From: a virus
Lineage: Duplodnaviria > Caudoviricetes
DNA length: 64,000 bases
Strand: one strand, 5' to 3'
Virus record (IMG/VR): IMGVR_UViG_3300014205_000226
Location: 2,440 to 66,439 of that record
Of this stretch, positions 42,266-52,515 are shown piece by piece. Each line of letters starts with the position of its first letter. Positions within the stretch are counted from its first letter, which is position 1. The notes beneath the pieces were generated by a model, which worked only from the letters and a program-made list of their open reading frames with translations, searched no databases and had not been told where the DNA came from. The translations under genes were made by a program, and so were the position numbers.

Positions 42266-43896
42266 GCCGCGACTCGGTAAATGGAAGGGCCGCACCCACG
42301 ATAGCGGCCGTCACTGGTGACGCGGTTCGCGCGCCGCATGGTGGCGCCCCATCCGATCATTTCACAGAGACCGGTGGTCGTGTCCGGTCGTTTGGTGGTC
42401 AAAATCAATGGCGTACCAACGGCATCACCGCGCAGCCGCAATTGGTAGCGGCTTTCCTTGACGCCCACCACGCTGCCGATTTCGCGCGCGTCGATCGCGG
42501 GCGTTAGTTCCGTAACCCAGCGGAACATGTGCAAGCGTTCCGCGCGCAACAGTTGCCGACGCGTCGCTTCCGCCAGCGCGTCTGATTCCGTGTTGAACCA
42601 TGTGTACTCGGTCGCCACGACGGCGCCTTTATGCCGTGTGACAATCGCATCGTTTTCATATGTGGCCGCGCGCCACTCCTTTTCTAGCACCGCGCGGCGA
42701 TCGCTGGCCACACCAGCGGCGAGCACTTGACCGGGCGCGTAGTTCCGACCCCAGTATATGGTTTGCTGCCAGGTGGGGTTGCCACGATCGCGATCCTCTG
42801 GCGTGATACGTTCGAGCGAATCTTCGACCACACGCGGGATGGTGTAGCCGACCGTGACGGGGCGTTCCAATCGCTGGAAGCGGACTTCGCCTGTCTGGTC
42901 AAACAACCAGCTCGCGCCCACCGTTTTCGCCAGTTCGTCCAGCAACGCGGTCGCGCTCACATCGTCCGATACCCAACGGCCCAGCGGCGCGCTGTTCGCC
43001 GCATCCATCGCGGTCACATCAGCCGCCCTTACGGTATACGTGCCCGCGTCGCCCTTCTCCAGCGACAACCGCAACAACATCTGCACCATCAACGAAGCCG
43101 CAGTGGCATCGGCGGGGTCTGCGTGTTCGTCTGCGTCCACTGTGATTTTGCCGTCAGGCTGCGAGCCCAACCGCACATAACACCCTTGCGAACCCGAATA
43201 GACGCGGTACGTGAAGGCGGATGGCGCGACCGTTAACAAATCCGCGTAGCTCGCGTACGTGGCACCGGCTACTAAATCGATACCCGAATCGCTCACGCGC
43301 GTCACCAACCCAGCGCGATCGCTCACTTGGTAAATCAGTAACGCCGCATCAACGATGGGCACGGGCAGCGTTGTGCAACCGTTACCTATCAAGATGGGCT
43401 TCGGCGTGCTCTTGAGGTCGGACCCGGTGCCTTCGACGCCACCCGTGCCGGCAAACAAAACCGACTGGAACGGGTGATCCAATTCGGTTTGCCGGTCGCG
43501 CATCGTGAACTGCACCGTGTCGCCCACGAATTCCGGATGCAATACCGTGCCGGTAAAGATGGCGGTCCGGCTGGAAAAGGCAGCGCCCGCGGCCAAGCGA
43601 TACACCCGCACGGCGCGATGGTCGAAGCTGTAGTTAATGAGGTAATCCAGCGCGCCGTCTTGGTTCGCCAGCTCCACACCGCCGACACTGACCGATGCGC
43701 GGCCGTACGTGGTGCCTTCGGCAAACAACGACTGCGCGATATCCATGGCCTGCGTCACGCGCTCTTGGTAGTGCGTGTTTGCGGGCGTATCCGCCGGCCC
43801 CGTGACACGGCCCACCGTCGCGAAGCGCAACGTGGTGACCGTGCTGGACCGCGGCGGCAAGCACTCCAGCTCGACCAGGAATTCGTACGCGCTCAT
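42262..43896 (-). CDS. tail hub / baseplate-like protein
   Basis: Directly after the tape measure; FAGTGGVEG..KPILIG; WLFDQTGEVRF. Confidence 0.7.
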   Translation of the reverse strand: MSAYEFLVELECLPPRSSTVTTLRFATVGRVTGPADTPANTHYQERVTQAMDIAQSLFAEGTTYGRASVSVGGVELANQDGALDYLINYSFDHRAVRVYRLAAGAAFSSRTAIFTGTVLHPEFVGDTVQFTMRDRQTELDHPFQSVLFAGTGGVEGTGSDLKSTPKPILIGNGCTTLPVPIVDAALLIYQVSDRAGLVTRVSDSGIDLVAGATYASYADLLTVAPSAFTYRVYSGSQGCYVRLGSQPDGKITVDADEHADPADATAASLMVQMLLRLSLEKGDAGTYTVRAADVTAMDAANSAPLGRWVSDDVSATALLDELAKTVGASWLFDQTGEVRFQRLERPVTVGYTIPRVVEDSLERITPEDRDRGNPTWQQTIYWGRNYAPGQVLAAGVASDRRAVLEKEWRAATYENDAIVTRHKGAVVATEYTWFNTESDALAEATRRQLLRAERLHMFRWVTELTPAIDAREIGSVVGVKESRYQLRLRGDAVGTPLILTTKRPDTTTGLCEMIGWGATMRRANRVTSDGRYRGCGPSIYRVAA

Positions 43897-46800
43897 TGTG
43901 CGGCCAATGTGCGGGCTGTCCGACCGAGCAACCGCACTGTTTCGGCGCTGTGCTCACGGATCGCGTGCAACTGTTCCACGGACTGCGCGCCAACGTCCGC
44001 ATCGACCCCGACCAACTGTTGCAGCAATTCAATCACGCGATCCTGACGCTCCGTCAGCGTGACCAACGCGGCGCTATCTGCTTGCTCCGTCGCACTCGGT
44101 CCACTCACCACCGGCACCGGTGCGATCGTTACGCGGTCCGCCCCTGGCGCTTCGATCTGGCGCTGATAGTACGCCATCGCGGTCGCATAGAACGGGTCCA
44201 ACGCGACGCGTGCGTTGTGGCGGGCCTGTTCGTTCTTGACGAGTTCAGCGATCTGGTCAGCCGCGGCTTTCTCGATCGCGAGTTTCTGTGCGTCCATCCG
44301 TTTCAGCGTTTCCGCAGTGTCCGCGCTGATCTTGTCTTTCTGCTGCTCCAGCAACGAAATCGCGGCATCGGCCGCTTTCTCGGCCGCTGTTTTGATATCT
44401 TTTTGGAACGCAATGTCACGCGCCGCCTGCTCCGCGGCCGCATCTTTCAGCGCCTGCAGGTTTTCCAATTGTGTCTGTGCGATCGCAACGGCATTCGCGG
44501 CGGCATCCCGCGCGGCGGTATCCGCACCCAGCGCCCCGCCAAATTGCTGCGTCAGTGCGTCGACCGTCGAACGCACCAACGTTTCGTCCTTCCCGAACGC
44601 GGCGCCGCTGGCGTTCACGGTGCGGCTCGCCTGCAGGAACGCGGTCGCGATCTGTGGCAATTGCGACGCGGCTTCTTTGTCGCCGCTGCGGGCTTGTTCT
44701 GCTAGCGCCGTAAACTGCGCCCGCGCCAAGTCCGCCTTGGCCGTCGGGCTCAAGCTGGACTGGTCCGACAGACCAAACGAGCGAGAGAAACCAGACAACG
44801 CGTCGTACGCACGCTTCGTTTCTGCCAGATTGGATTCCGCGACCTGCAATGCGGACTGCGCGGCCTGAATCAGTGCTTGCTGACCCTTGATCTGCTGGTC
44901 GTAGAATTCGGCCGTGGCCTTCGCTTGCGTTTCGATAATCTCGATTTGCGCGTCAGCCGCCGCGATGGTGCTGGCCAGCCGCGTCTTCTCGAATGCGATC
45001 TGATCGTCCAACGCTTTCAACTGTGCATCCGCCGCGGCTTGCACCACTTCGGCCAGCACATTCAGTGCCGCGATTTCACCAGCGGCGCGTTCATTGATCG
45101 CTTTGGTCCCGTCCTCAATCGCGCGCTGCATGCGGACATAGCTGTCCTCGGTGCGCTGCGTGAATTCGGCGAGGTCGATGTTAAACTGACTGGCACCGCT
45201 TGCTCGGAGGTCCGCGATTTCTTGACGGTTTTGGGCGCCTCTAGTGAAATCTTGCGCGGCGCGGTCATCACCGAGCGTGTTCAGTACGCGACTGATCAAC
45301 GATTCACTGGTGCGCGTGTCCGCTTCCAGCCGCGCGGCATAGAACGCCAACGCCTCGGCCGCGTTGTAAGACGCCGCCGCCAACTTCTCCGCAGCCGTGG
45401 CGGCATCCTCAATCCGACGGCGCTGCGTTTCCTGCAACGCGGCCTCATCACCAGAGCGCTTATCGGTGAAGCCGATGGCGCCGATGTTGAAGTCGGACAC
45501 GGAGCGAGCGACCCGCTGTGCTTCGGCGGCGCGTTGCTTGGCTAGTTCCTGTTCGGCAATCTGCGTCTGCAACGTCGCGCGACGCGACGCTTCGGCGACG
45601 CTGATGCCCGCCTTGATGTTGGCGAGTCGCTCTTCCTCAATGGATTGCGCGATCGCCATGGCGTCCGCTTCCGCGTCCAGCCCTTGCACGCGCAGTGCGA
45701 GGATGTCGTTGCCGGTTTTGAAGCTGGCTTCGATGGCGGCAGCTTCTTTCTTGATTTGCTCGATGCGTTGGGCTTCGAGGGCGTCTAGTTCTTTCAACGC
45801 CGCCACATACGCTTCATTGCCCTGCACAATCTTCCGCGGGTCACGCTCTCCCTTCGGCGCCCGCAACGAATCGGCCTGCTGACGCAACGTGATAAACTGC
45901 GCCCGTACTTCGGCGATGGCTTGTGACAGGTTGTTGGCAATGCCGTTCGCCACATCCCGAATCGATTGCACCGTCAACGCGTACGCGGCGCGCAGCGCCT
46001 TGTTCGCGGCTTCGTTCTCACGCGCGGCTTTCGCGGCGCCCAGCATCCCGCCGATCATGCCGGAGAGGCCGCCGATGAGGGCGCCAGCCGCTGCGCCCCA
46101 TGGGCCCGCCGCAGAGCCTACCGCCGCACCGCCAGCCGCACCGCTCAGGAAGCCTTTGCCAGCGCTGCCTGATTGAAATCCAGACTGCGCGGCACCGATG
46201 GCAATGCCTGCACCGCCCGCAACCGTCTGTAGGCGCTGCGCTGACTTGATCTGCGCTTCGATTGCACCCGTAGGAAGCTTAGCTTTCGTCGCCTTATCAA
46301 GCAGGTCAAACAATCGGTCAAGCGCCGCACTCGTTTCCGACAGCATCCGATTCACAAAGCTGCCCAGTGTGCGAAAGAACGATTCGAACCGGAACTCCCC
46401 ATCAGCCAGTGCGTCACTGATGCTTAGCCGCAGGTCGCCTTTGATCCCTGCAGCCAACCCACGTCCTGTCTTGGCCGCCTCATTGTTCAGATCCAGCAAC
46501 AACTTCCGACGCTCAAGTATCGCGTTTGTTGCCGCTGCCTCGGTCTTGAGGTTCTTTTCGTTCTCAATGAATCGCAACGATGCGTCCAACTCCGACCCGG
46601 TGAGCACGCGCCGCGCCGCAATCTCCGCATTGATAGCGTCCTGTTCAATCACGCGTCGCGCCAGCGCTTCCCCTTCAAGCTCTACTAGCTCGTACGCTTG
46701 CCTAGCGAGCCGCACACGGTCTTGGTTTTCAGCGTTCAATTGCTTGGCGCGCTCAATACGAACCGTGTCGAGCCCCAAGCTTTCCTCTTGCTTGATCGCA

Positions 46801-48131
46801 TCAATCGCTTCGCGCAATTGCCTACCCTTTAGTTCACCACGGGCCTTGATCTCTTCATTGATCGCGCGATCGCGCACGACCTGCTCAGCCGCTTCGGCAC
46901 CTGTCAAACGCGCGAGCGCCAGCCCCTGTTGCGCTAAGCGAACACGCTCTGCATTCGCTGCCGCTAACTCTTTCGCGCGCGCAATGTCTTCGGCACTTGC
47001 AATGTTAGGTAACTCTACGCCTTGAGCTGTCCCGAGTTTGCCCAACTCCGCATTGAACTTTTCGGTTTCTTTGGCAACCTCTGACGCCAGCTTCTTGTAT
47101 GCCACGAAACCAACCGCCAGCGCGGCTACTGCTGCCACCGCCCCCACAGCGCCTTTACCTACGAGCGACAGCAGCGCCATTGCATCCGCGGCTGACCGGA
47201 TACCCTTTGCCAACGAAATAAAAGCACTGATTGTGGACGTTGCCGCCAGCAGTGCCGTATAAACGGCGGCAGCCTTTGCCGCCGTTGAATAGGCCACATA
47301 GGCGATGGCCGCCGCACCGATTGATTTCGCTAGCGTGACAAATACTGCAGCATTGTCTTTTATGACGCCGAGCGCGATACCCACTGAATTCAGGAAGCCG
47401 ACAATCCCGCCTGACCCAGCGCGCGACACTTCAAACAACTCGCCGAATTTGTTGGCCACAAAGTCTAGCGCGCCACCCAGTGTGTTACGGGCGGCCGCCG
47501 CGCTCCCACCAACTTGTGTCTCCAACTCAGCCAATATGATGCGCTGGGCTTCCGCCATGCGCCCTGTTTCTGCAAGGGCGGTGATGACACGCGCTTGTTC
47601 TTTGCTGAATTGGATACCGGTGCGCGAAAGCGCGCTCAATCCTTTTTCGGGATCATTGAGCGCTTTGCCTAACTGCAGTGCCGCTCCTTTTAGATCACCT
47701 CCCATTCGCGCAGCAAGATTCGCGACCGCGAGTGTGGCCTTGTCGAACTGATCGCCGCGAATACGAGTGAATGTCAGCAGGATCGCTTGCGCGCCTTGGA
47801 CCGCTTCGTCACTGTAGCGCGTGACATTTTGCAGGCTGGTCGCCATGGCCTGCAACTGTACGACCGTGCGTCCAGCGACTCCGCCCGTGCTCTGGACCGC
47901 CGCTTCCAATTGGGCCTGCGCATCTTGTGCTGCGCGCGACTCGTCAACGACCTTGCGTATCGCTATGGCAGCAGACGCAAACGTGACAAATCCTTTGGCA
48001 AAGCCCGCGAGCTTGGACTGCGCCGCAACGGCGCCACCACCCAGCCGGTTTAGCTCTTTGCCAAGGGATTGGGTCGCGACAATCGCGCCCGTGGCATCGA
48101 CGCGAAGCCCCAGCACGGCAACATCAGCCAT
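43893..48131 (-). CDS. tape measure protein
   Basis: 1412 aa, Ala/Gln-rich helical; QLGKALNDP, LETQVGGSA; follows the chaperone pair. Confidence 0.93.
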   Translation of the reverse strand: MADVAVLGLRVDATGAIVATQSLGKELNRLGGGAVAAQSKLAGFAKGFVTFASAAIAIRKVVDESRAAQDAQAQLEAAVQSTGGVAGRTVVQLQAMATSLQNVTRYSDEAVQGAQAILLTFTRIRGDQFDKATLAVANLAARMGGDLKGAALQLGKALNDPEKGLSALSRTGIQFSKEQARVITALAETGRMAEAQRIILAELETQVGGSAAAARNTLGGALDFVANKFGELFEVSRAGSGGIVGFLNSVGIALGVIKDNAAVFVTLAKSIGAAAIAYVAYSTAAKAAAVYTALLAATSTISAFISLAKGIRSAADAMALLSLVGKGAVGAVAAVAALAVGFVAYKKLASEVAKETEKFNAELGKLGTAQGVELPNIASAEDIARAKELAAANAERVRLAQQGLALARLTGAEAAEQVVRDRAINEEIKARGELKGRQLREAIDAIKQEESLGLDTVRIERAKQLNAENQDRVRLARQAYELVELEGEALARRVIEQDAINAEIAARRVLTGSELDASLRFIENEKNLKTEAAATNAILERRKLLLDLNNEAAKTGRGLAAGIKGDLRLSISDALADGEFRFESFFRTLGSFVNRMLSETSAALDRLFDLLDKATKAKLPTGAIEAQIKSAQRLQTVAGGAGIAIGAAQSGFQSGSAGKGFLSGAAGGAAVGSAAGPWGAAAGALIGGLSGMIGGMLGAAKAARENEAANKALRAAYALTVQSIRDVANGIANNLSQAIAEVRAQFITLRQQADSLRAPKGERDPRKIVQGNEAYVAALKELDALEAQRIEQIKKEAAAIEASFKTGNDILALRVQGLDAEADAMAIAQSIEEERLANIKAGISVAEASRRATLQTQIAEQELAKQRAAEAQRVARSVSDFNIGAIGFTDKRSGDEAALQETQRRRIEDAATAAEKLAAASYNAAEALAFYAARLEADTRTSESLISRVLNTLGDDRAAQDFTRGAQNRQEIADLRASGASQFNIDLAEFTQRTEDSYVRMQRAIEDGTKAINERAAGEIAALNVLAEVVQAAADAQLKALDDQIAFEKTRLASTIAAADAQIEIIETQAKATAEFYDQQIKGQQALIQAAQSALQVAESNLAETKRAYDALSGFSRSFGLSDQSSLSPTAKADLARAQFTALAEQARSGDKEAASQLPQIATAFLQASRTVNASGAAFGKDETLVRSTVDALTQQFGGALGADTAARDAAANAVAIAQTQLENLQALKDAAAEQAARDIAFQKDIKTAAEKAADAAISLLEQQKDKISADTAETLKRMDAQKLAIEKAAADQIAELVKNEQARHNARVALDPFYATAMAYYQRQIEAPGADRVTIAPVPVVSGPSATEQADSAALVTLTERQDRVIELLQQLVGVDADVGAQSVEQLHAIREHSAETVRLLGRTARTLAAQ

Positions 48132-48471
48132 GCGCGATCACCGGATGTAAGCGTACGGCATCCAATTGCAGCAGCGCGGCGCACTCGGCCTCGTTCGGCG
48201 AATGCCCCGTCAGTACTGACCACGCATGTAGGGTCGTCCAGTTCAATGGCGCCACTCCGTCCATAGTGATCCCGCTGCGGCCATGCAAATCGTCTGACCA
48301 ATCCCGCAGATATTCCAATGCGACGGGGCACGATGGCCCCTCTAACTCCTGCAATGCGGCCGCGTACTGTGTCGAGTCGAGGCCGAACCGTTCCCGCATC
48401 TGTCGCGCGTGCTGTTCCAAGTGCGTCCGTGGCACGCTGCCGTCTTTCTGTGGACGGTCTAACGAGGCCAC
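48124..48471 (-). CDS. tail assembly chaperone, -1 frameshift extension (gpT-like)
   Basis: Open in the -1 frame from the slippery site through to the TMP start. Confidence 0.8.
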   Translation of the reverse strand: MASLDRPQKDGSVPRTHLEQHARQMRERFGLDSTQYAAALQELEGPSCPVALEYLRDWSDDLHGRSGITMDGVAPLNWTTLHAWSVLTGHSPNEAECAALLQLDAVRLHPVIAHG

Positions 48472-48488
48472 GAACGCAACGTGGTCAA

Positions 48489-48899
48489 TCAGCTCGGCGA
48501 GTTGTTCACGAAAAAACTGCCGTGTCCGTCGATGCCCGCTTCGACTTGCTCCAGGATGTGTTCAATCTTGAGCAGGGCCCGCGCGTTCGGTGTGGTGCAG
48601 TCCAGCGGCTTGCCGGCGCTCTCCCATCCATGCCAGCGCGAGACCGCGGCCGATGCCTGACGAATGCGATTCCGGGTAATGTCTTCCGGCTCCAAACGCG
48701 AGCGGCGCTGTGCTAGCATCTCGCGCTGAATCGCGTGCTTCTCGGCCCGGTAACGCTTCGCGTCACTGCCGGTCACGCCAATTGTGGAGGGCGTCCCATC
48801 TGCGGCCGTGTACTGCGCACCATTCTTCTGGTAAATCGGGATATCCGCGACGCGTTCGTCGTTCGCGAGATCCTGTTCCAACTGGGTAATATCAGCCAT
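48489..48899 (-). CDS. tail assembly chaperone (gpG-like)
   Basis: Between tube and TMP; ends ..GSFFVNNSPS over the slippery site. Confidence 0.8.
   Translation of the reverse strand: MADITQLEQDLANDERVADIPIYQKNGAQYTAADGTPSTIGVTGSDAKRYRAEKHAIQREMLAQRRSRLEPEDITRNRIRQASAAVSRWHGWESAGKPLDCTTPNARALLKIEHILEQVEAGIDGHGSFFVNNSPS
48510..48516 (-). other. programmed -1 frameshift site T TTT TTC
   Basis: AGT TTT TTC GTG in the zero frame; -1 frame reads FFREQLAELIDHVAFVASLDRPQ. Confidence 0.85.
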
Positions 48900-49053
48900 T
48901 GTTCCAGCGTCCTTTGCAAATCGGGTGCCGTACCCCTGCGACGTGGACGCTGCGCTCAGGGAGCCATCGACTGACGGGGTACGACACCACCGTGTTTTCG
49001 TACGGTGCAACGACGCGGATGGGTAGCGTCCAACCACCACCCGCGCTCCAGCG

Positions 49054-49338
49054 TTACCTGCTGCCGAACCGCCTACGCACCGGCAGTACCACATCCTCAT
49101 CACTGACCACTTCGGCCACACTCGGTTCAGGTGCTGTGGTGGTTTGTACTTCCACCACCGCGCGCACCGTCAACACTTCACCAATTGCAGCCTTCGCCGC
49201 TTCCGCGCTCACGTAGTCGCGCAAGTTCACGATCAACGCGCCCGCGTTCGGATGCTGTTGCCGCAACGCTTTGGCCTGCGCCGCAATCTCTTGCTGCACG
49301 GCCAAGACGCTACCGCTGGCACTCAGCGCGAGGCGCAT
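49054..49338 (-). CDS. hypothetical protein
   Basis: Directly after the tail tube gene. Confidence 0.55.
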   Translation of the reverse strand: MRLALSASGSVLAVQQEIAAQAKALRQQHPNAGALIVNLRDYVSAEAAKAAIGEVLTVRAVVEVQTTTAPEPSVAEVVSDEDVVLPVRRRFGSR

Positions 49339-50540
49339 TAGGCTGCGCTGGTGCTGAAGCTGATCATGGAATCGTCATAACCGGCGGCGGAACCCTTCGT
49401 GCCGGTAATGAAGTTCGAGGTCGCGACCTTGGCGCCGTCATTACCCTGGGGATCGCTGAACGACGTCCACTTGAGACGCGGCATAAAGATCGACAGGAAG
49501 TCTTTCGGCTCGGATTCCGGCTCCACCAACAGGCCGTGAAATTCGAATTCCGTTTCCGCGGTGAAGGCCGAGAGCTGCGCGAAGTCGGCGAGTAGGTAGG
49601 TGAACGAACCAGAAATGTTGGCGTTGGACAGCCACACGTCGGGCGACACATTGCCGCCGATGATCGGCAGCGTCTGGCCTGAGAGGTCGATGTTGATTTC
49701 GAAGCCGGTCAGGTACGACACATCCACACCACCCAAACGAATCGTGGCGTTCACCCAGTTGAGCGGCACCGTGGTCGACAGCGTAGCGCTGGTGAGTGAC
49801 GGCGAGTTGGCCGTGGACAGGACTTCCATGTCCATACCAACAATGCCGACTTCCACCAGCGCGGTCGCGTCGGGCTGGCCGGTGATCTTCATGGACGACA
49901 CGCGGCAGCCGCGATACACTTTCGAAATATCGAGGTCTTCGTTGTACTCGTCGAACGTGAAGCTGTGGTCGACTGGCGTGGTGCCCTGAATGACTTTCTT
50001 CGCGCGCGTGATCGTGAACGCGGTGTCCGCGGTGGAGTTGACCACCAGCGTTTCCGCAACCGACAGCGTGAGCGTGGTAACGGCCGTGGCGCGCAAGTTG
50101 CGGTCATTGTTGCCAGCCGCGGCATGCCCCGTCAGGCGGAACACATCACCGACCTTGATGCCGGCATTCAGCCAACTGCCCGCGCCCGCTACAATGCTGG
50201 TCGCATCGGTCGTGATCGAAGTGAGCGTGGCGGTTGCTTCGGTGATGGTGGCGGCCGTGCTCCAGTTGCTGCGCAGCACGGCTTCCAGCAACGCGTCAAA
50301 CGAGCCAACGCTCAAGTCGCCGCCGTATGAGCCCGCGACATTCTTGGAACCGAGCGTGCCCATCGTACGCTTGCCATCGGCGCGCACTTCGGTCGGGGTG
50401 ACTTCGGGACGCGAGAGCTGTAGGCCAGCGCCCGCACTCTTGCGGAATTCATACCCACCGGTGCCCGTGACCGCGACACCGATGGTGGTTTCCGCCTTGT
50501 ACGTGATGCGAACGCGCTGCCCAGATTGATACGTGGCCAT
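49338..50540 (-). CDS. major tail tube protein with Thr-rich insertion domain
   Basis: YKAET..EVRADG..GSYGGDLS; YRGCRVSSMKIT; FMPRLKW. Confidence 0.85.
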   Translation of the reverse strand: MATYQSGQRVRITYKAETTIGVAVTGTGGYEFRKSAGAGLQLSRPEVTPTEVRADGKRTMGTLGSKNVAGSYGGDLSVGSFDALLEAVLRSNWSTAATITEATATLTSITTDATSIVAGAGSWLNAGIKVGDVFRLTGHAAAGNNDRNLRATAVTTLTLSVAETLVVNSTADTAFTITRAKKVIQGTTPVDHSFTFDEYNEDLDISKVYRGCRVSSMKITGQPDATALVEVGIVGMDMEVLSTANSPSLTSATLSTTVPLNWVNATIRLGGVDVSYLTGFEINIDLSGQTLPIIGGNVSPDVWLSNANISGSFTYLLADFAQLSAFTAETEFEFHGLLVEPESEPKDFLSIFMPRLKWTSFSDPQGNDGAKVATSNFITGTKGSAAGYDDSMISFSTSAA

Positions 50541-50546
50541 TGTGTG

Positions 50547-51200
50547 TTATTGCAAAGTGTTAGTACTGTAAACCCGATATGGAACGGACAATGTGGACAG
50601 CACCCACCCACCATTGACGGCGCGTGGTGCGGAATAGCTCGGCGCGACATCGCCGCGCACGTGTACCGTGTGACTGCCGGCAGCGAGTGCGGTGCCACTC
50701 GTGAACAGCGCGGCGACCGCTTGCACACTCTTGCGGAGCGCGGCGGCCCCGGTATTCGCCAACGCATACCAATGCACGATGAACAAGCCCGTGTCTTCGC
50801 GCGTGCCGCCCGAGGCGGGCCCGCTGCGGAGGACACTGGGGCCCGTCACTAACGATTGATTGACCCATGGCCGGTTCGCCGTGGGTGTAAAATTCAGGTT
50901 GTCATACGCGCGCCCGGTTGGCATCAAGGCTTGCAGCGTGCGGGCCGGGGCGGTCGCTTCTACGGTCAGTCCACCTACGACGGTGATCGTGAGCGCTTCC
51001 ACTCTTTGTGCGATGACTGCGGCATTCGTTGTAAAACCAGACGGCGTGATTTCCATGCCATCGGCAAAACCATCTGTGAGGAAGCTGCCGGTTGCGCGGG
51101 TGTAGCCCGTCGCGGTCGCTGCCAAGTCCATACTACCGGTGGTCGCGACCACTACGCTTTCCGCGCGCGTCTGGAAGGCGCTGGCAATCAGGTCAAACAT
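50547..51200 (-). CDS. tail terminator-like protein with Thr-rich insertion
   Basis: AYDNLNFTPTANRPWV..REDTGLFIVHWY; insertion resembles that of the tube protein. Confidence 0.65.
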   Translation of the reverse strand: MFDLIASAFQTRAESVVVATTGSMDLAATATGYTRATGSFLTDGFADGMEITPSGFTTNAAVIAQRVEALTITVVGGLTVEATAPARTLQALMPTGRAYDNLNFTPTANRPWVNQSLVTGPSVLRSGPASGGTREDTGLFIVHWYALANTGAAALRKSVQAVAALFTSGTALAAGSHTVHVRGDVAPSYSAPRAVNGGWVLSTLSVPYRVYSTNTLQ

Positions 51201-51606
51201 TCGTGCGCCCCGCGATCGCTTTCGCTACGGCGTGGGGAATGATACGATCCGCATATGACGCTTCGGTCAGCTTGGCTGAATGGTAGCCGCCGACTTCTGA
51301 ACGCGGGTCGCCACGGGCAGGATCAAAGAACGCCACATCATTGGCGCCGTCTTCTATGTAAGGGGCGTACTCAACGTTCGTGCTGATCTGCCAAACAGTG
51401 GGCGACAGAAACTCTTGCTGGAACGAGGCTTTCAGATTGCCGCCGTCCTTAAGCGCTACCGGTTGCCCCGGCGCTCCCGTCAACTCCGATCCTTCCACCA
51501 ACGATTCTGCGACCAGTTCGGTAGCGTTGATAAAACTGCGCCGAACCCGATCTTCCGCCGTCACATTGAACGCCTTGAGCGCAGCCGAGAATGCGGCGGC
51601 ACTCAT
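51193..51606 (-). CDS. neck/tail-completion protein (HK97 gp10-like)
   Basis: GQPV..GNLKAS..STNVEYAPYIEDG. Confidence 0.7.
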   Translation of the reverse strand: MSAAAFSAALKAFNVTAEDRVRRSFINATELVAESLVEGSELTGAPGQPVALKDGGNLKASFQQEFLSPTVWQISTNVEYAPYIEDGANDVAFFDPARGDPRSEVGGYHSAKLTEASYADRIIPHAVAKAIAGRTNV

Positions 51607-51935
51607 CGCACCAACTCCAAATAGGCAAACAATACCACGCCGTCCGGCGCGTACGGTTCTACGGTCTTGATCGTGTGCGGAGCACCACTCCAGGTGCATC
51701 CCGCACCAACCGCCGGACACTCGCCGTACGTCGACGCCACGAACAACACACGCGGGTTCGCAGATTGCACCAATTGCCCATCCACGTACACCCGACGCCC
51801 TGCGCCTGCATCGGTCGCGTAGCCCGCTACCGTGGCGGTCGCCACAGAGCCAAACCCCACCACGCTGCACGACAGCGCCACGCCTTTCTCCGTAACAGAC
51901 GCCAACGCGCTCGCATGTTGCGTCGCGTAGCTCAT
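51603..51935 (-). CDS. head-closure protein
   Basis: Position after the adaptor; HTIKTVEPYAPDG. Confidence 0.6.
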   Translation of the reverse strand: MSYATQHASALASVTEKGVALSCSVVGFGSVATATVAGYATDAGAGRRVYVDGQLVQSANPRVLFVASTYGECPAVGAGCTWSGAPHTIKTVEPYAPDGVVLFAYLELVR

Positions 51936-52450
51936 CCGCGCACCGTCGAGACTTGCATGCCGCCACCCAGCACGAACCGCGCAATCAATTGCCACACCAT
52001 TGGGTAGCGACGTAACCCGGTTTTCTGTGCGAACGGGTCCGCCCAACGCGTTGTCAATGGGCCGATCGTTTCTTCGATCACGCCCTCTTTGGCGGGCAAG
52101 GCGTAGACATCGCTCGTGCCGGCGCGCAATGTTTCGAAAGCCAATTCACACGTGGCGTCTTGCAGCCAACTCGGAATCACATCTTCTTCAATCAGGGCGT
52201 CACGGTCCCCGTCCCACACATCATACCGCGGCCATGCCAGCGCCTGCGTCGACGCCACACGGCGGCCCTTCCATTGCATCGCATTGAGCGCACGGGTGGC
52301 GCTAATCACACACTGTTCTTTGGTCGTATTCGAAGCCGACGCCCAACTTGACGCATTGGCGCGCGCTTCCAAGTACGTGTCTGCGGTCGCCACGACCACA
52401 AACGCGTTACTCGAAACACCACCGACGGTTGCGTCCAGGACAATCGCCAT
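51932..52450 (-). CDS. head-tail adaptor (DnaT_2-type family)
   Basis: SNAFVVVATADTY..WKGRR..QALAWPR..DATCELA. Confidence 0.8.
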   Translation of the reverse strand: MAIVLDATVGGVSSNAFVVVATADTYLEARANASSWASASNTTKEQCVISATRALNAMQWKGRRVASTQALAWPRYDVWDGDRDALIEEDVIPSWLQDATCELAFETLRAGTSDVYALPAKEGVIEETIGPLTTRWADPFAQKTGLRRYPMVWQLIARFVLGGGMQVSTVRG

Positions 52451-52462
52451 AGGATAGAGCGG

Positions 52463-52506
52463 GGGTGCAGGGAAGCGTTAGCAATGAAGCCACACCCCCT
52501 GCACCC
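52463..52506. repeat. 10-bp inverted repeat after the capsid gene
   Basis: gggtgcaggg (52463-52472) and ccctgcaccc (52497-52506). Confidence 0.6.
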
Positions 52507-52515
52507 ACACGCTGT

